Source: Eledone cirrhosa
Taxonomy: Eukaryota
DNA length: 64,000 bases
Assembly: GCA_964016885.1 (NCBI GenBank)
Contig: OZ024742.1
Coordinates: 241,428,001-241,492,000 of the forward strand
Direction: 5' to 3'
Of this stretch, positions 60,801-64,000 are shown one piece after another; the stretch's first letter is position 1; every line of letters starts with the position of its first letter. The translations under genes and the position numbers were made by a program. A model generated the notes under the pieces. It saw nothing but the letters and a program-made list of their open reading frames with translations. It ran no database searches and had not been told where the DNA came from.

Positions 60801-63800
60801 CAAGCCACCAACAGAAATGGAATTCCAAGCCATTAACAGAAATGGAACTCCAAGCCACCAACAGAAATGGAACTCCAAGCCACCAACAGAAATGGAACTC
60901 CAAGCCACCAACAGAAATGAAACTCCAACCCACCAACAGAAATGGAAAACCAAGCCACTAACAGAAATGGAACTCCAAGTAACCAACAGAAATGGAAATC
61001 CAAGCCACTAACAGAAATGGAACTCGAAGCCACCAACAGAAATGGAACTCCAAGCAACCAACAGAAATGGAACTCCAAGCCACCAACAGAAATGGAATTC
61101 CAAGCCATTAACAGAAATGGAACTCCAAGCCACCAACAGAAATGGAACTCCAAGCCACCAACAGAAATGGAACTCCAAGCCACCAACAGAAATGAAACTC
61201 CAACCCACCAACAGAAATGGAAAACCAAGCCACTAACAGAAATGGAACTCCAAGTAACCAACAGAAATGGAACTCCAAGCCACTAACAGAAATGGAACTC
61301 CAAGCCACCAACAGAAATGGAACTCCAAACCACCAACAGAAATGTAACTCCAAGCCACTAACAGAAATGGAATTCCAAGCGACTAAAAGAAATGGAACTC
61401 CAAGCCACCAACAGAAATGGAACTCCAAGCTAACAACAAAAATGGACCTCCAAGCCACCAACAGAAATGAAACTCCAAGCCACCAACAGAAATGGAACTC
61501 CAAGCCACCAACAGAAATAAAACTCCAAGCCAATAACAGAAATGGAACTCTAAGCCTCCTACAGAAATGGAACTGCAAGCCACTAACATAAATGGAACTC
61601 CAAGCCATTAACAGAAATGGAACTCCAAGCCACCAACAGAAATGGAACTCCAAGCCACCAACAGAAATGGAACTCCAAGCCACCAACAGAAATGGAACTC
61701 CAAACCACCAACAGAAATGTAACTCCAAGCCACTAACAGAAATGGAACACCAAGCCACCAACAGAAATGGAACACCAAGCCACCAACAGAAATGGAACTC
61801 CAAGCCACCAACAGAAATGGAACTCCAAACCACCAACAGAAATGTAACTCCAAGCCAATAACAGAAATGGAACTCCAAGCCACTAACAGAAATGGAACTC
61901 CAAGCGACTAAAAGAAATGGAACTCCAAGCCACCAACAGAAATGGAACACCAAGCCACTAACAGAAATGGAACTCCAAGTAACCAACAGAAATGGAAATC
62001 CAAGCCACTAACAGAAATGGAACTCCAAGCCACCAACAGAAATGGAACTCCAAGCAACCAACAGAATTGGAACTCCAAGCCACCAACAGAAATGGAACTC
62101 CAAGCCACCAACAGAAATGGAACTCCAAACCACCAACAGAAATGGAACTCCAAGCCACCAACAGAAATGGAACTCCAAGCCATCAACAGAAATGGAACTC
62201 CAAGCCACCAACAGAAATGGAACTCCAAGCCACCAACAGAAATAAAACTCCAAGCTAACAACAAAAATGGACCTTCAAGCCACCAACAGAAATGAAACTC
62301 CCAGCCACCAACAGAAATGGAACTCCAAGCCAATAACAGAAATGGAACTCCAAGCCACCAACAGAAATGGAACACCAAGCCACCAACAGAAATGGAACTC
62401 CAAGCCACCAACAGAAATGGAACTCCAAACCACCAACAGAAATGTAACTCCAAGCCACCAACAGAAATGGAATTCCAAGCCATTAACAGAAATGGAACTC
62501 CAAGCCACCAACAGAAATGGAACTCCAAGCCACCAACAGAAATGGAACTCCAAGCCACCAACAGAAATGGAACGCCAAGCCACCAACAGAAATGGAACTC
62601 CAAGCCACTAACAGAAATGGAATTCCAAGCGACTAAAAGAAATGGAACTCCAAGCCACCAACAGAAATGAAACTCCAACCCACCAACAGAAATGGAAAAC
62701 CAAGCCACTAACAGAAATGGAACTCCAAGTAACCAACAGAAATGGAACTCCAAGCCACTAACAGAAATGGAACTCCAAGCCACCAACAGAAATGGAACTC
62801 CAAACCACCAACAGAAATGTAACTCCAAGCCACCAACAGAAATGGAATTCCAAGCCATTAACAGAAATGGAACTCCAAGCCACCAACAGAAATGGAACTC
62901 CAAGCCACCAACAGAAATGGAACTCCAAGCCACCAACAGAAATGAAACTCCAACCCACCAACAGAAATGGAAAACCAAGCCACTAACAGAAATGGAACTC
63001 CAAGTAACCAACAGAAATGGAACTCCAAGCCACTAACAGAAATGGAACTCCAAGCCACCAACAGAAATGGAACTCCAAACCACCAACAGAAATGTAACTC
63101 CAAGCCACTAACAGAAATGGAATTCCAAGCGACTAAAAGAAATGGAACTCCAAGCCACCAACAGAAATGGAACTCCAAGCTAACAACAAAAATGGACCTC
63201 CAAGCCACCAACAGAAATGAAACTCCAAGCCACCAACAGAAATGGAACTCCAAGCCACCAACAGAAATAAAACTCCAAGCCAATAACAGAAATGGAACTC
63301 TAAGCCTCCTACAGAAATGGAACTGCAAGCCACTAACATAAATGGAACTCCAAGCCACTAACAGAAATGGAACTCCAAGCCACCAACAGAAATGGAACTC
63401 CAAGCCACCAACAGAAATGGAACTCCAAGCCACCAACAGAAATGGAACTCCAAACCACCAACAGAAATGTAACTCCAAGCCACTAACAGAAATGGAACAC
63501 CAAGCCACCAACAGAAATGGAACACCAAGCCACCAACAGAAATGGAACTCCAAGCCACCAACAGAAATGGAACTCCAAACCACCAACAGAAATGTAACTC
63601 CAAGCCAATAACAGAAATGGAACTCCAAGCCACTAACAGAAATGGAACTCCAAGCGACTAAAAGAAATGGAACTCCAAGCCACCAACAGAAATGGAACAC
63701 CAAGCCACTAACAGAAATGGAACTCCAAGTAACCAACAGAAATGGAACGCCAAGCCACCAACAGAAATGTAACTCCAAGCCAATAACAGAAATGGAACTC

Positions 63801-64000
63801 CAAGCCACTAACAGAAATGGAACTCCAAGCGACTAAAAGAAATGGAACTCCAAGCCACCAACAGAAATGGAACACCAAGCCACTAACAGAAATGGAACTC
63901 CAAGCCACTAAAAGAAATGGAACTCCAAGCCACCAACAGAAATGGAACTCCAAGCCACCAACAGAAATGGAACTCCAAGCCACCAACAGAAATGGAACTC
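57830..64000 (+). repeat. Long-range copy of ~22530-28700 (offset 35,300)
   Basis: Variants shared at this offset are GAAGAAATGG 24961/60261, CACCAACCGA 24981/60281, AACGCC 27271/62571, AATGGAACGC 28441/63741 and CAAGCCACCG 23551/58851. Confidence 0.9.

Larger units (their letters stand above)
651..63325 (+). repeat. Higher-order repeat series delimited by the landmark monomer TAAGCCTCCTACAGAAATGGAACTG (35 copies)
   Basis: The landmark starts at 651, 3301, 5226, 7251, 9001, 10451, 11976, 13726, 14751, 16126, 17751, 20251, 22751, 25126, 26251, 28001, 29026, 30401, 31701, 34076, 36726, 38476, 41426, 44176, 46876, 48626, 50326, 51476, 52851, 54501, 56701, 58051, 60426, 61551 and 63301. Thirty-four of these match the 'MLVAC..' minus ORFs in the track at a constant 38-nt offset. 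Spacings in monomers are 106,77,81,70,58,61,70,41,55,65,100,100,95,45,70,41,55,52,95,106,70,118,110,108,70,68,46,55,66,88,54,95,45,70. Confidence 0.93.
1..64000 (+). repeat. Tandem satellite DNA array, 25-bp monomer (consensus CAAGCCACCAACAGAAATGGAACTC), 2,560 copies, probably continuing beyond both window edges
   Basis: Read directly. Every 300-bp mark (1, 301, ... 63901) starts a monomer, and ATG-started + ORFs begin at positions equal to 17 mod 25. The window ends exactly on ...AATGGAACTC. Consensus composition is 11 A, 8 C, 4 G, 2 T (48% GC, 76% A+C on +). Monomers differ from consensus by about 0-4 substitutions. Confidence 0.99.

Noticed and set aside
42-63986. Hundreds of ORFs on both strands that look like repetitive or membrane proteins
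   Set aside because: All are translations of the same 25-bp repeat and overlap in all six frames. They have no unique N- or C-terminal domain. HOR lengths such as 1,750 bp are not multiples of 3, so no frame is preserved. They are not called as CDS.
1-64000. CRISPR array (repeat size 25 bp; AATGGAAC resembles some CRISPR repeat ends)
   Set aside because: Monomers are head-to-tail with no unique spacers, no leader and no cas genes.
1-64000. Human satellite II/III-type (GGAAT/CATTC)n
   Set aside because: Only one AATGGAA per 25 bp is shared. There is no pentameric periodicity, and the rest of the monomer is unrelated.
1-64000. Canonical telomerase-synthesised telomere tract
   Set aside because: The monomer is not a telomere motif I recognise. 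Ordered variant patterns copied over kb to 35-kb distances indicate DNA-templated duplication, not copying of a single RNA template.
1-64000. Synthetic sequence, rolling-circle artefact or collapsed-assembly artefact for the whole array
   Set aside because: Copies carry hierarchically shared and private variants consistent with a branching duplication history. Only the copy number of near-identical blocks such as 17130-24644 remains uncertain.
1-64000. Embedded transposon, inversion, tRNA/rRNA or unique island hidden in the array
   Set aside because: I scanned from start to end. Every line conforms to the 25-bp register in the same orientation, and no non-satellite segment was seen.
1-64000. 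Variant order as a deliberate information code or diversity-generating cassette system
   Set aside because: The patterns are explained by nested tandem duplication and deletion of monomer blocks. No recombinase, reverse transcriptase or expression locus is present in the window to support a programmed system.

Overview
The whole 64,000-bp window is one uninterrupted, single-orientation tandem satellite array. The monomer is 25 bp (consensus CAAGCCACCAACAGAAATGGAACTC; minus strand GAGTTCCATTTCTGTTGGTGGCTTG). The window holds exactly 2,560 monomers in unbroken register, and I saw no phase-shifting indel, inversion, transposon or unique sequence. No protein-coding gene, RNA gene or CRISPR array is supported. 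The hundreds of ORFs are artefacts of a stop-free 25-mer that reads as the same 25-aa repeat in all three frames of each strand. The real information is in the order of variant monomers, which shows a nested hierarchy. Monomers (25 bp) form 11-mer and 25-mer sub-modules. These form higher-order repeats (HORs), most commonly 70 monomers (1,750 bp), marked by 35 copies of a landmark monomer and falling into three sequence subfamilies. The HORs form ordered ~13-22 kb super-cycles, which in turn recur at a ~33-37 kb period. Recent local tandem duplications of 125 bp to 3.2 kb are superimposed. This most resembles a eukaryotic (peri)centromeric or subtelomeric satellite with complex HOR structure, but the organism and function cannot be determined from this sequence. 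All coordinates and counts were read by eye and should be confirmed computationally.
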